NCBI GenBank assembly: GCA_038087875.1
Contig: JAXLNO010000546.1
Location: 62,001 to 126,000 of the forward strand
Length of the DNA: 64,000 nucleotides
Reading direction: 5' to 3'
DNA from: Malacoraja senta
Taxonomy: Eukaryota
Below are positions 12,333-24,529 of the stretch, piece after piece. The notes below the pieces were generated by a model. That model was not told the origin of the DNA, did no database searches, and was given only the letters and a program-made list of their open reading frames with translations. The stretch's first letter is position 1. The number at the start of each line of letters is the position of its first letter. The position numbers and the translations under genes are program-made.

Positions 12333-12858
12333 TCTTTTCATATGTGATTCACATCTCTTGGAAAACCCGACGCGGTAACGGTGACAACTTTACATATTCC
12401 GTTAGAGATTTACCTCATGATGTCAAAAATCCCTCATTTGAAAATTTGATTCAATAAATCCCAAGTTTTTTACGAAAATTTTTCACCAATCTGAGTTTTT
12501 TTTTAACTAGCTGTTGAAGAGAGCTGATGACGTAACAATGCCTTTGCTCTTCGCGGCAAGCTGCGCAGAACTTTCAACGCGCAGGGGCACTGTTTTCCAC
12601 AAGCTGCCTCTGCTCCTGGCGGCCAGTTGCGCGCGCGGCGTGGTGGGCACAGTTTTCCACGAGATGCGAATTACGTGGCCCAGCCGCCCCCCCCCCCCCC
12701 AGGACTCTGGATTGAAGCCGATGAAGAGTAAGCGTGAGAGGCCGCAGCTTAACCATCCGAAGGGGCCGCTCTCCAAGCCCCGGCCTCATACCAGTCCCAC
12801 ACTCCCGACACCTGGGCACCCGGTACAGAGGGTGGAGGGCCGTGAGGGATGGGGGGGG

Positions 12859-13518
12859 TAGAATCATAGAATCATAGAATCATAGAAAGTAGGTGCGAGA
12901 GTAGACCACCAGGTCCATCGAGCCCGCACCGCCATTCGCTCATGGCTGAACACCAAACAGACACTCCTACCCACAAACAGTAGACACAAGACACAGAACA
13001 CAAGACACTACCCTCCCCTTTATACCTCTATCACCCCTCTCCACCCCAAGAACCGCGTGATCTCCTGGGGGAGGCAAAAAACCGGATAAAAACCCAGGTC
13101 CAATTCGGGAAAAAAATCCGGGAAATTCCTCTCCGACCCCAATCCAGGCGATCGACACTTGTCCAGGAGATCACTCAGGTCTTACTATACTAACCCTACC
13201 TAGGTCCATATCCCTGCCCTCTCCCCGTAGCCCCTTATCCCCTTGGCAGCTAAAAAAACATCTATTTTAGACTTAAATATATTTAATGTTTCTGCTTCCA
13301 CTGCTCCCTGGGGCAGTGAATTCCATAAATTAACCACCCTCTGGGTGAAGAAGTTCTTCCTCATCTCAGTTTTAAAAGAGCCCCCCCTTATTCTGCAACT
13401 ATGTCCCCTAGTTCTAGTTTCCCCGATCATTGGGAACATCCTCTGTGCATCCACCCGATCAAGGCCCCTCACGATCTTATATGTTTCAATGAGATCGCCT
13501 CTCATTCTTCTAAACTCC
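12859..13518 (-). mobile_element. CR1 3' fragment inserted in the outer Helitron
   Basis: (ATTCTATG)n tail; EFRRMRGDLIETYKI...FFTQRVVNLWNSLP. Confidence 0.9.
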
Positions 13519-13779
13519 TGGGCCCGGCAAAGACGGCACCTGCGGGGAGCCGATGGCCGCACCGGGGTCGACCGCCAGCCCCTCACCCTGGACCCCGCCC
13601 GCGAGTCCCCGGAGAGGGAACACGCGGTGTCCACGGGGACCCCGGAGGCCCTCCATGAACGCTGGTCGCCACAGGAGGACGATAGTTGGCGATACATCAA
13701 CTCGATGATCGCCTGCCTGCAAACTGTCAACATATGCAGCCCCTGATCGTGTCAATACTTGCACTCGGCCGGCCGTCCG

Positions 13780-14230
13780 ACCCCTCTTCCTCCTCCTCCC
13801 CTCCCCTCCGTTCCCCCTCTCACACCACACCCCCTCTCTCCCTCCCTCCTCTCTCTCCCCGCTTCCAACCTTCTCTTCCTCCTCCTATCTCTCTCCTTCG
13901 TCCTCTCTCTCCCTCCCCGCCCCCTCCACCCCTCTGCCCTCCATCCACCGCACCCCTCTCCACTCCCCCCTCCACCTCCCCGCCCTCCCCTCTCCACGCA
14001 GTCGCACCCGCACCCCCCCTCCCTTTCCACCTTCCCCGCTCTTTCCATCTCATCTCTCTCCGCTACCCCCCTCTTCCTCCTCCAACCCTCCCCCCACCCC
14101 CTCCCCCAGTCCCCTCCCCTTCTACTCTCTCCCTCCCCTTCCACCTCCCTTCCCCTCCCTTTCCGCCCCCTCTTCCCCCACTACCTCCCCTACACCCTTC
14201 CTCCCCTCCACCACTACCTCCCCCTCCCCG
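13780..14230. repeat. C/T-rich low-complexity tract inside the Helitron
   Basis: Strongly pyrimidine-rich; source of spurious Pro-rich and Gly/Arg-rich ORFs. Confidence 0.9.
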
Positions 14231-15848
14231 CTGTGTTTGTGTATGTGTGTGGGGGGTGGTTAGTGTGTGTGTGATGCCGCAGCCCCTCTCCCAACCGCGC
14301 GTTGAGGGGACGGTCCCTACGCCCCCCTCCCCCCTGGTCTAGTGTTCAATAGATTTTAATGCAGTGCAAGAGTTGTTGCATTTTGGGATATAAACCAGTG
14401 CAGTACCTTCACAGTGATTGGCAGGGACCAGGGGAAAGTTCCAAAAAGGAGTTAATTGGACGTCCAGGATTGCTACATGAATGCCACCTTCAGGTGCTTT
14501 TGTGCGTGTCTGCTAATTTGCTCTGTGGTTCATCAACTCTTGTCTAGCTAAGCCAATTGAGACTTCCGGATGAACGAGTATTCTGAGTATTCCAGTTTCC
14601 TGGAGAAACAAACATGTACTCTGCTACATTACTCTCTTGGGCCCCACCACGTACCGTGAAAGTCGTGCCTTCATTTCACTTCCAAAAATGTAACATCTCA
14701 CATTGTACTGCATTAAGCTCCTTTAGCCTTTCCTCGCCGCAGATTTCCTGCTGATAAACATGCTGCTACAATCATTGATAACCAACTTTGCTATCGGCAA
14801 TATCTCCCTTTTTAGTGGTATCTACAAAATATACCCTCACCGATCCCTGCATTCAATGCGATTCACCTTGCCAGAGCAGGCTTTCTTCCAGAATTGTAAA
14901 GGCCTGCTGAGTTTCATGAGTGTTTCAAGTTGTGGGACACGAGGGTGGGAACAAGAAAAGGAGAACAGTAGATACATGGCGACACGGTACAGCTTTCCAA
15001 TTTCCCACATTTAGTCATAATCCCATTTAAGTTTTCCGATCCATGTACTTGTTTGATTTTCAATGTTTTGTATTTGTCTCATCTACATTCTCAACTATTG
15101 ATTCGCAGAATAAAGACATTTGCATCTGGATATTATCGGTACCTAGATGTAAACACGTTTGACAAGAACAAAAACATCTGAAGTTTCACACGATTCGTCA
15201 GCTACCTACAATAATCGATTTCCTTTAACTGAAAGATCACAATTAAATTGCTTTTACAGTCACTCGCAAATATCATGCCGACCTGCTGTTTCTCATGCTC
15301 TACCTCTTCCTTCTCCGACTTCAATAAATTTCCTGCAGAACTGGAGGACCACAAGCATCCTCATAATAAACTTCCTCCATTTTTCTTTTGCCCACTGATC
15401 CGTGCATTTCAACATGGGGTATAGAAAAGTACAGCACAAGAATAGGCCCTTCGTCCCACGACAGCTGTGTGAAACATAATGCCACATTAAACAAATTATT
15501 GATGCATGCATATGATTCCTATCAACACATTCCATAGGCATATATCCTAATCGTACCAATTTCATCAGGTTTCACCACCAGAAATGGCGACGCGTTCCTG
15601 ATAGCTGTCACTCTCTGGGTTTAGGCATGGCCCGCATATCTACTGCCCTCTGACCTCGATCCTATTATCCTATAATATTTGGGTATCAATAATGCGGAAG
15701 ACGATTAGATTATCCTAACTGTATCTTTCAGAATTTTAGAAACATCTGGGAGGTCACCCTCATTTTATTCCACTCCAGGTAAAACAATCCAAGTGTGTCA
15801 AAACGCTCCTCATCGTCCATATCCTCCAATCGAAAGCAGCTCTGGAGG

Positions 15849-15953
15849 CACACCCATCCCTGCCTTGCCATAATCATCGATAGACCAATCGCGAATCCAC
15901 ACGACGCCACACAGATCAATATAAGCAGAAGAACTCAGGTTAGATTCCACATT
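15849..15953 (+). promoter_or_regulatory. Putative RNA polymerase II core promoter (CACCC, CCAAT, TATA, Inr)
   Basis: CACACCC 15849-15855, CCAAT 15885-15889, TATAAG 15920-15925, Inr-like CCACATT 15947-15953 with its A 29 nt after the start of the TATA element. Confidence 0.6.
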
Positions 15954-16000
15954 TCCTTTCCAGATCTCTCATCCAGAAAAAAAAGTTCTACTACAGAAGA

Positions 16001-16085
16001 ATGGTCATGACACTTTTCTTCCTTTTCGGGATATTGCTGGTGTCTCAGTCATTTGTAAACGGACAGTCGTATCTTGGCGATCTTG
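16001..16085 (+). CDS. First coding exon of an unidentified secreted or membrane protein (signal peptide)
   Basis: AGA-ATG-G Kozak context; MVMTLFFLFGILLVSQSFVNG/QSYLGDL with a hydrophobic core and V-x-G cleavage pattern; ends in G|GTAAGT (16086-16091), phase 1; non-repetitive sequence. Confidence 0.7.
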
Positions 16086-16284
16086 GTAAGTATATACACA
16101 TGCACCTTGAAGAAAGTTAATTTTAAAATGACCTCTTCTCTGCGCATCAGTTTCAATCTCAAGGTTTGCACGAAGCAACGATGCGATTCTAATGTAATTT
16201 ATAAACGATCCATGAGAACTCACCTTATTGTCCCCATTCTCTCTTCTTGGAAATACGTTACGCCTTGCTGAAGGAAAATGCAAT

Positions 16285-16857
16285 ATGTAAGGAAATAACT
16301 GCATGCTTCCATGGAAGGAAGCAGTCGATGACGGTGGTAGGTTGCTTCTCAGAGTGGATGCCTGTGACGAGTGCTGTGCCTCAGGTTTCGGCGCTGGACC
16401 CGTTATTGTTTGTCATCCACATCAATAATTTGGATGAGAACATATAGGGCAAGACTAGCAAGTTTGCTCATGATACAAAAGTGGGTAGTTTTGCAGATAG
16501 CGAAGATAGTTGAGAAAGATTCCGGCAGGATCCAGATAGATTGGCCAGGTGGGCTGAGGAATGGTTGATAGCGTGTTGTTGCATTTTGGACGTCGAACAA
16601 GGGCAGGAACTACACAGTGAATGGTAGGCATCTGAGGAGTGTTGTAGCCAAGAGGTCTCTGGGACTGCAGTGGCATGGTTCCTTGAAGGTTAATTCGCAG
16701 CTAGATAAGGTGATCAAAAAAGGCTTTTGCCACATTGGCCTTCATCATACAGAGTATGTAGGTCATGTTGCCATTGTACAAAACATTGGTGAGACCGCAT
16801 TTAGAATATTGCGTTCAGTTCTGAGCACTTTCATTAGGAAAGATACCGTCAAACATC
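16285..16857 (+). mobile_element. Degenerate CR1 RT fragment
   Basis: WMPVTSAVPQVSALDPLLFVIHINNLDEN, with multiple stops and frameshifts. Confidence 0.85.
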
Positions 16858-17587
16858 AATAGACAATAGGTGCAGGGGTAGGCCTTTCGGACCTACGAGC
16901 TAGCACCACTATTCAATGTGATCATGACTGATCATCCACAATCAGTACCCCGTTCCTGCCTTCTCCCCATATCCCCATGACTCCGCTATCTTTAAGAGCC
17001 TATCTAGCTCTCTCTTGTAATTATACAGAGAACCGGCCTTCACCGCCCACCGAGGAAGTGAAATCCACAGACTCGCTACTCTCTGTGTGAAAGAATGTCT
17101 CCTCATCTCCGTTCTAAATGGCTTATCCCTTATTCTTAAACTGGGGCCCTAGTTCTGGACTCCCCCAACATCGGGAACATGTCTCCTGCCTCTAACATGT
17201 CCAAACCCTTAATAATTTTATGTTTCAATAAGATCCTCTCTGATCCTTCTAAATTCCAGAGTTATACACGCCCAGTCACTCCATTCTCATAGCATATGAC
17301 AGTACCACCTTCCCGGGAATTAACCTCGTGAACCTTCGCTGCACCCCCTCAATAGCAAGAAAGTCCTTCCTCATATTTGGAGACCAAAACTGCACACAAT
17401 ACTCCAGGTGATGTCTCACTAGGGCCCTGTGCAGCTGCAGAAGGACCTCCTTGTTACTATACTCAGCTCATCTTGTTATGAAGGCCAACATGCCATTCGC
17501 TTTCTTCTCCACCTGCTGTACCTACGTGTATGCTTTCATTGACTAATGAAGAAGGACCACCATATCCTGTTGTACTTCCCCTTTTTT
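16858..17587 (-). mobile_element. CR1 3' fragment
   Basis: CAATAGACAATAGGTGCAGG tail and ORF2 C-terminal sequence similar to 2541-3300. Confidence 0.88.
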
Positions 17588-17589
17588 TC

Positions 17590-19195
17590 AAAACAAGAGA
17601 GTTTATTGTCATGTGTCCCAGATAGGACAATGACATTCTTGCATTGCTGCAGCACAACAGGATATTGTAGTCATAAATACAGATCGGATCAGTGTGTCCA
17701 TATACCATAGGATATATAGATAAAAACATCAATAAGCAGATTAAGTGCACTAGGCTGTTATAGTTCAGAGTGTGTTTGAAGTTGTGTTTAATAGTGTGAT
17801 GGTTGTGGGGAAGTAGCTTTTCTTCAACCAGGATGTTGCAGATTTCGGGCTCCAGTACCTTCTACCTGATGGCAGTGGAGAGATGCTGGCAGCCTTTTTG
17901 AGGCAGCGACTTCGAGAGATCCCCTCGATGGTAGGGAGGTTAGAGCCGATGATGGACTGGGCAGTAGTTACAACTTTTTGCAGCCTTTTCTGCTCCTGGA
18001 CGCTCAGGTTGTCTACCATGCAACTGGTCAGCATGCTATCTACTGTACGCCTGTATAAGTTCGAGAGAGTCCTCCTTGACGTACCGACGCTCCGTAATCT
18101 CCTCAGGATGTGTTTACTTATTGATTGCATCAGTGTTCTGGGACAAGGAGAGGTCTTCGGAAATGTGCACGCCCAGGAATTAGAAGTTCTTGACCCTTTC
18201 CACCATCGACCCGTTGATATAAATGGTCCCCATCCTACCCCCTTCCGAAGTCCACAATTAGTTACTTGGTTTTGCTGGTGTTTAGAGCCAGGTTATTGCG
18301 CTGGCACCATTTGGTCAGTTGGTTGATCGACCTTCTAAACTCTGACTCGTCCCCATCAGTGATACGTCCCACAACAGTGGTGTCGTCGGCGAACTTGATG
18401 ATGGAGTTAGCACTATGTCCGGCTGCGCAGTCATGAGTATAGAGCGAGGACAGCATGGGGCTGAGCACGCAGCCTCGAGGTGCTCCCGTGCTGATTGTTA
18501 TCGAGGATGACACATTTCCACCAATATGGACAGACTGTGGTCTGTGAGTGTGGAAGTCGAGTAATCAATTGCAGAGGGATGCGCAGAGACCCAGTTCTGC
18601 GAGCTTGGTAACCAGTTTGGTTGGGATGATGGCCGAGCTGTAGTCGATGAATACCAGCTTGACAAATGATTTTTTGTTGTCCAAGTGGTCCAGAGCGGAG
18701 TGGAGAGCCAGTGTGATAGCATCCACCGTTGATCTGTTATGGCGAACTGCTGTGGGTCCAGTTTTCTCTCGAGGTATTAGTCGATTTGCGCCAAAGCACT
18801 TCATCACCACAGACGTTAGTGCCATAGTCATTGAGGCATGTCACCTGCTCTTCCTGTGCACCGGTATTATTGATGCCGCTTTAAAGCAGGTGGGAACCTC
18901 AGACCTGAGAAGTGAGACGTTGAAATGTCCATAAAAATTCCAGCTAGTTAGTCTGCACAGATTTTTAAAACACGCCCGAGTATACCATCAGGTCCAGGTG
19001 CTTTCCGAGGGTTCAGCCCTATAAAGGATCTTCTGACGTCGACCTCTGTGACTGTGACCGAAATACCATTACGGCGAATGGGGGCTCGGGAAGGCACATC
19101 AGTGTTCTCCCTATCAAAGGGTGCGTAAAACGCATTGAGCTCGAAAGGGAGTGATGCTTCGCTGACATTTGAGCCTTGTAGGAGGAGGGGGAACC
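17590..19195 (-). mobile_element. Rex1/Babar-type LINE, degenerate RT and 3' end
   Basis: [30 protein letters not shown]...LYTHDC...IKFADDTTVVG. Confidence 0.88.
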
Positions 19196-19224
19196 GTACA
19201 ATAGGGACGGATTGCACCTGAACA

Positions 19225-21252
19225 TGTGCGGGACCAGCATTCTGGCAGGCAGGTTTTTCACTGCTACACAGGTGGTTTTAAACTAAATAACGGAGGGGGT
19301 GGGGTGTCAAATGGGATAATCAAGGACGGAGTTAAAGAGAAAGAGAGTAAAGGGATAGTTAATGACCCCAGAATTAACGGGAAAGAAAGCTCACAAAGGG
19401 ATAGGAGAGTATGGCCAGTTGTAATATGGATCGATGTGAAAGGTAAGATGCATAAGGAATTAAAAGTATTGTATTAAAAGTATGAATGCGCGATGTATAA
19501 GAAGTAAAGTAGCTGAGCTTGCGGCTCAGTTAGAGGTTGGTTGATATCACATTGTGGGGATTACCAGGACTTGGCTGCAGGAGGATCGGGCCGGGTAACA
19601 ATATTCAGGGTTAAACACCCTATAGAAAAGGCAGGCAGGTAGGCAGAGGAGGGGGGTAGCTCTGCTGGTGCGGGATGGAATTCAGACTGTTGGGAGGGAA
19701 GACATAGGGACTGACGAGGTAGTGTCACCGTGGATTGAGGTGAGGAATAGTCAAGGCAAGAATACACTAATTGGATCTGTTCCTGTGGATTGGAGGATAG
19801 CTTATGTTGTCCCACTTTTCTAGAAAGGAGGGAGAGAGAAAACGAGGATCTACAGACCCGTTAGCCCGACTTCGGCGGTGGGAAAGCTGCTGGAGTCAAG
19901 AATTGATAGTGGGGCATTTGGATAGCAGTAAAATGATTAGTCCGTCAGCATGGATTCATGAACGGAAAATCATGCTTGACTAATCTTGTGAATTTTTTGG
20001 AGGATGTGACTAGTAAAATGGATGACGGGGAACCAGTGGATCTAGTGTATCTAGACGTTCACAAATACTTTGACAAGGTCCCGCACGGGAGTCTGGTGAC
20101 TAAAATTAGAGCACATGGTATTGGGGATAGGGTGTTGACATGGATAGAAAATTGGTTGGCAGACAGGAAGCAAAGAGTAGGAGTGAACGGGTCCTTTTTG
20201 GAATGGCAGGCAGTGGCGAGTGGAGTGCCGCAAGGCTTGGTGTTGCGTTCACAACTGTTTACCTTATATATTAATGATTTGAAAGAGGGAATTACGAGCA
20301 ACACTAGCAAGTTTGCAGATGACACAAAGCTGGGTGGCAGTGTGAACTGAGGAGAGGATATTAGGAGGTTGCAGGGTGACCTGGTCAGGTTGAGTGAGTG
20401 GGCAGTTGCGTGGCAGATGCAGTATAATATAGATAAATGTGAGGTAAGACACGTTGGCGGCAAAAACAAGGGGCAGAATATTATCTCAATGGGGTTAGGT
20501 TAGGAAAGGGGTAGTTACAGCAAGACCTGGGTGTCCTTGTACACCAGTCATTGAAAGTTAGCGTGCAGGTACAGCAGGCAGTGAAGAATACTAATGGAAT
20601 GTTGGCCTTCATAACAAGCGTATATCAGTATAGGAGTAAAGAGGTTCTTCAGCAATTTTATAGGGTCCTGGTAAGACCACAACAGGAATATTGTGTACAA
20701 TTGTTGTCTCCTAATTTGAGTAAGGACATCCTTGAGATTGAGGCAGGGCAGCGTAGATTCACGAGATTGATGCATGGGATGGCGGTACTGTCATATGAGG
20801 AAAGATTGAGAAGACTAGGCTTGTATTCACTTGAGTTTAGAAGGATGAGGGGGATCTTATAGAAACATATAACATTATAAAACGACTGGACAAGCTAGAT
20901 GCAGGAAAAAACATTCCCAATGTTGAGCGAGCCCAGAACCAGGGGGCCACAGTCTTAGAATAAAGGGGAGGCCATTTAAGACTGAGGTGAGAAAAAACTT
21001 TTTCACACAGAGAGTTGTGAATTTTGTGGAATTCTCTGCCACAGAGGGCAGTGGAGGCCAAATCACTGGATGGATTTCAGAGTTAGAGAGAGATAGATTT
21101 AAGGAGATTCTGGGGGGTAGTGGAATCAAGGGATATGGGAAAATGCAGGCACGAGTTATTGATTGTGGACGATCAGCCATGATCACAATGAATGGCGGTG
21201 CTGGCTCGAAGGGCAGAATGGCCTCCACCTGCACCTGTTTTCTATGTTTCTA
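19225..21252 (+). mobile_element. Internally deleted CR1 LINE (end of ORF1, endonuclease start, RT, 3' tail)
   Basis: ORFs 19958-20350 (GKSCLTNL...KFADDTKL) and 20551-20862; TTTCTATGTTTCTAT tail. Confidence 0.9.
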
Positions 21253-21269
21253 TTTTTCTATTTCTTTAT

Positions 21270-21412
21270 GAAGTCTGTAACGACTGCGGCGTATTCATTC
21301 ATGTCCGTTGCCGAGTCCCTGAACATGGCCTAGTGTACAGACTCCAAACAGTCCTGGGCCAAACATTGAACGATCTGGGACACATGACAATAAACTCTCG
21401 ACGTGACTTGAC
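21270..21412 (+). mobile_element. Short LINE/SINE 3' end (Rex1-like tail)
   Basis: TCTGGGACACATGACAATAAACTCTC matches the Rex1-type 3' end at 17597-17622 (reverse); followed by GACTTGAC. Confidence 0.6.
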
Positions 21413-23010
21413 CTTTTCCCAACTTGACACCATTTAGATAATAATCCACCTTCCTGTTTTTGCTACTAAAGTGGATAACCTCTCATTTATCCACATTAAA
21501 CAACATCTGCCATGCATCTTCCCACTCTCCCAACCCGTCCATGTCATCGTGCATTATCATAGCATTCTCCTCAGAGTTCACACTGCCACCTAGCTTTGTG
21601 TCATCTGCAAATTTTCTAATGTTACTTGTAATCTCGTCATCTGATCCATTAATATATATTGTAAATAGATGCGGGGCTAGCACCGAGCCTTGCGGTACCT
21701 CCACTAGTCACTGCCTGCCATTCTGAAAGGGACCCGTTAATCCCTACTCTTTGTTTCCTGTCTGCCAACGAATTTTCTATCCATGTCAGCACTCTACGCC
21801 CAATACGATGTGACTTAATTTTTCCCAATAATCTCCGATGTGGGACCTCACCAAATGCTTTCTGAAAGTCCAGGCACACTATATCCACTGGCTCTCCCTT
21901 GTCCATTTTCATAGTTACATCCTTAAAAAATCCAGAAGATTAGTCAAGCATTCGTAAATCCATGCTGACTCGGACCGATCCTGTTGCTGCTATCCAATTG
22001 TTCGGCTATCTCATCTTTTGTAATTGACTCCAGCATCTTCCCCACCACCGATGTCAGGCTAACTGATCTACAATTCCCTGTTTTCTCTCTCCCATCTTTC
22101 TTAAAAAGTGGGATAACATTAGCAACCCTCCAATCCACATGAATCGATCGTGAATCTATAGAACATTGGAAAATGATCACCAATGCGTCCATGATTTCTC
22201 GAGCCACTTCCTTGAGTACTCTAGGATGCAGACCATCAGGCCCTGGGGATGTATCAGCCCACCGACCCATCAGTCTACCCAACACCATTTCCTGCCTAAT
22301 GTGGATTTCCTTCAGTTCCTCTGTCACCCCAGATCCTCTGGCCACTAGTACATCAGGATGATTGTCTGTGTCCTCCTTAGTGAAGACGGATCCAAAGTAC
22401 TTGTTAAACTCTTCTGCCATTTCATTGTTCCCCATAATAAATTCACCCTTTTCAGTCTTCAAGGGTCCAACTTTGGTCTTACTTTTTATTTTCCTCATCA
22501 CATACCTAAATAAGCTTTTACTATCCTTCTTTATATTCTTGGCTAGCTTATCTTCGTACCTCATATTTTCTCCCTGTATTACTTTTTATAGTTATCTTTT
22601 GTTACTCTTTAAATGTTACCCAATCCTCTGGCTTCTCGCTCATCTTTGTTAATTTATACTTCTCTTTTGTTTTTGTACTGTCCCTGACTTCCCTTGTCAG
22701 CCACGGTTGTCCTTATTCCCCTTGGAATCTTTCTTAATCTTTGGAATGAAATGATCCTGCACCGTTTGTATTATTCCCAGAAATACCAGCCATTGTTGTT
22801 CCACTTTCATCCCTGCTAGGGTATCTTTCCAGTCAACGTTGGCCAGCTCCCCCCTCATGGCTCCATTGTCCCTTTTGTGCAACTGTAATACTGACACCAC
22901 CGATTTACCCTTCTCTCTCAAAAATTGTATATTAAAACTCATCATATTATGGTCACTACCTCATAAACCTCCTTACCCTCATTGCCTTATCAAGTTTGGG
23001 TTCATTACAC
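21413..23010 (-). mobile_element. CR1 ORF2 fragment (endonuclease-RT)
   Basis: ORFs 22697-22945, 21944-22564 (SPGPDGLHPRVLKE), 21649-21912 and 21483-21704 (KFADDTKL). Confidence 0.92.
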
Positions 23011-23028
23011 AGCCTCCCGCTTAAATAG

Positions 23029-23112
23029 AAGCTTGCGACTAATGATACATATAACCATATAACCATATAACAATTTGGTTATAAGGTTATATGTATCATT
23101 AGTCGCAAGCTT
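23029..23112. repeat. Near-perfect inverted repeat (37-bp arms, 1 mismatch, 10-nt loop)
   Basis: AAGCTTGCGACTAATGATACATATAACCATATAACCA (23029-23065) vs the reverse complement of 23076-23112. Confidence 0.95.
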
Positions 23113-24440
23113 ATAAAACTAGAACATCATAATATATTGATGTAAGCACTTATAATTACAATTATGCACCGGAGGATACACATAAGCGAAAGCAAATTAA
23201 TAACGTTGATCAGTGAACCGGTTAAAATCCACAGCCAAAGTTCAACCATAGTCCTTGTACTTGGGGTTAGGTTTAGAGGTGCATCCCGCACCTGCACGCT
23301 GCAAACCACATTTTCTTCCCTCTGGAGAATTCATCGTAGTCACCGGCATAGTTGGTGCTAGTTTGACTGGGGAATTCACTGTCAACGGCATCACTGGCTT
23401 CACTGTGATTGTGCCACTAACCCTGGCGGCGCTAGTGCCGGGAGCAAGACCAAATGGGGGTCAGCTAGCAGTCTACTTTCCTCGGAAGCGTCTCCACTGG
23501 GCCGCAAAGCATAGTTGCCCAGGTGTTCCTGTGGATGCTGTTGAGAAGGCATTGGTTAGTTTACTGGAAGGATGTGCCTCCTAGTGCGTCTGTAAACACT
23601 ATCGTCCGCCTTAACTAGGTAAGATCGTGGTTCTGGACAGGTCTCATCCACAACACCAAGACGATCGTGACCTATCACCACGACGATCGTGACCTTGAGT
23701 CACGAGGTCATCACGAACAGGGAAGTGTGGTCGCACCGGGAGTGGCAGCTTGTACTGTTTATCTGGCCACCCATGGCAAATGACAGAAGAAAGCGAACTC
23801 AAAGTGTCATCCTAAGCTGTCTGCGCTGTCAGTTCGTACAGACACGAGGAGTGAATGAAACAGACCATCATGACAATGAGAGCCTCTTCCTCCGCTTGGC
23901 GTTTTTCACATCTTTCAAGGCGCCCGGGACAAAGTGTCAGCCAGATGCAGGTCCTTGCCGTGCTTGTAAAGAATGGTAACATCATACCTCTGAAGCTGCA
24001 ACATCATCCGTTGCAGACGCGCTGGTGCAGCGTGAATTGGTTTGTTCAGAATGGTGACCAGGGGCTGGTGATCAGTCTCGACTGTGATAATCTTTCGAAA
24101 GACAAAATCATTGAATTCAATGCAGGCGAAAACCACTGCCAGTAGCTACTTTCCAATCTGTCCGTAGCGTTGTACTGTATCTGTAATTGTTCGCGATGCA
24201 TACGCGACAGGCCGGCCGTCCTGCAGACATACTGCACCGAAACCATACTGAGAGGCATCACAAGTCAGCGGGACAGTTAGATTGACGTTGAAATAGGCAG
24301 AGAGTTCGCTGAAGATAGGGATGAGCTTCGTGAGATAGTTCAACATACCCAAAAATCTCTGTCCGCTGGCAAAAACAGTGGGTACAGTCATTTCGCCGAT
24401 CACCGCAGTTTTCAAGGGGTCTGCCTTGAGACCGTCACTG

Positions 24441-24529
24441 AGTTGGATGATCAGCCATGATCATATTGAATGGCGGTGCAGGCTCGAAGGGCCGATTGAC
24501 CTACTCCTGCACCTATTTTCTATGTCTAT
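24441..24529 (+). mobile_element. CR1 3'-tail insertion in the Gypsy pol
   Basis: GATGATCAGCCATGATCATATTGAATGGCGG...TTTTCTATGTCTAT; absent from the second Gypsy copy near 31113. Confidence 0.88.

Noticed and set aside
13510..14342. Pro-rich and Gly/Arg-rich ORFs
   Set aside because: Low-complexity C/T tract within a Helitron; no splice or domain support.
15260..15420. Possible exon shared with 40770-40925 (MEEVYYE... on the minus strand)
   Set aside because: Splice sites are not conserved between the copies, and no single reading frame is convincingly maintained.
23011..23030. Polypurine tract and LTR start for the Gypsy element
   Set aside because: A PPT-like AAGCGGGAGG is present, but the following sequence is CR1 and no paired LTRs could be identified.
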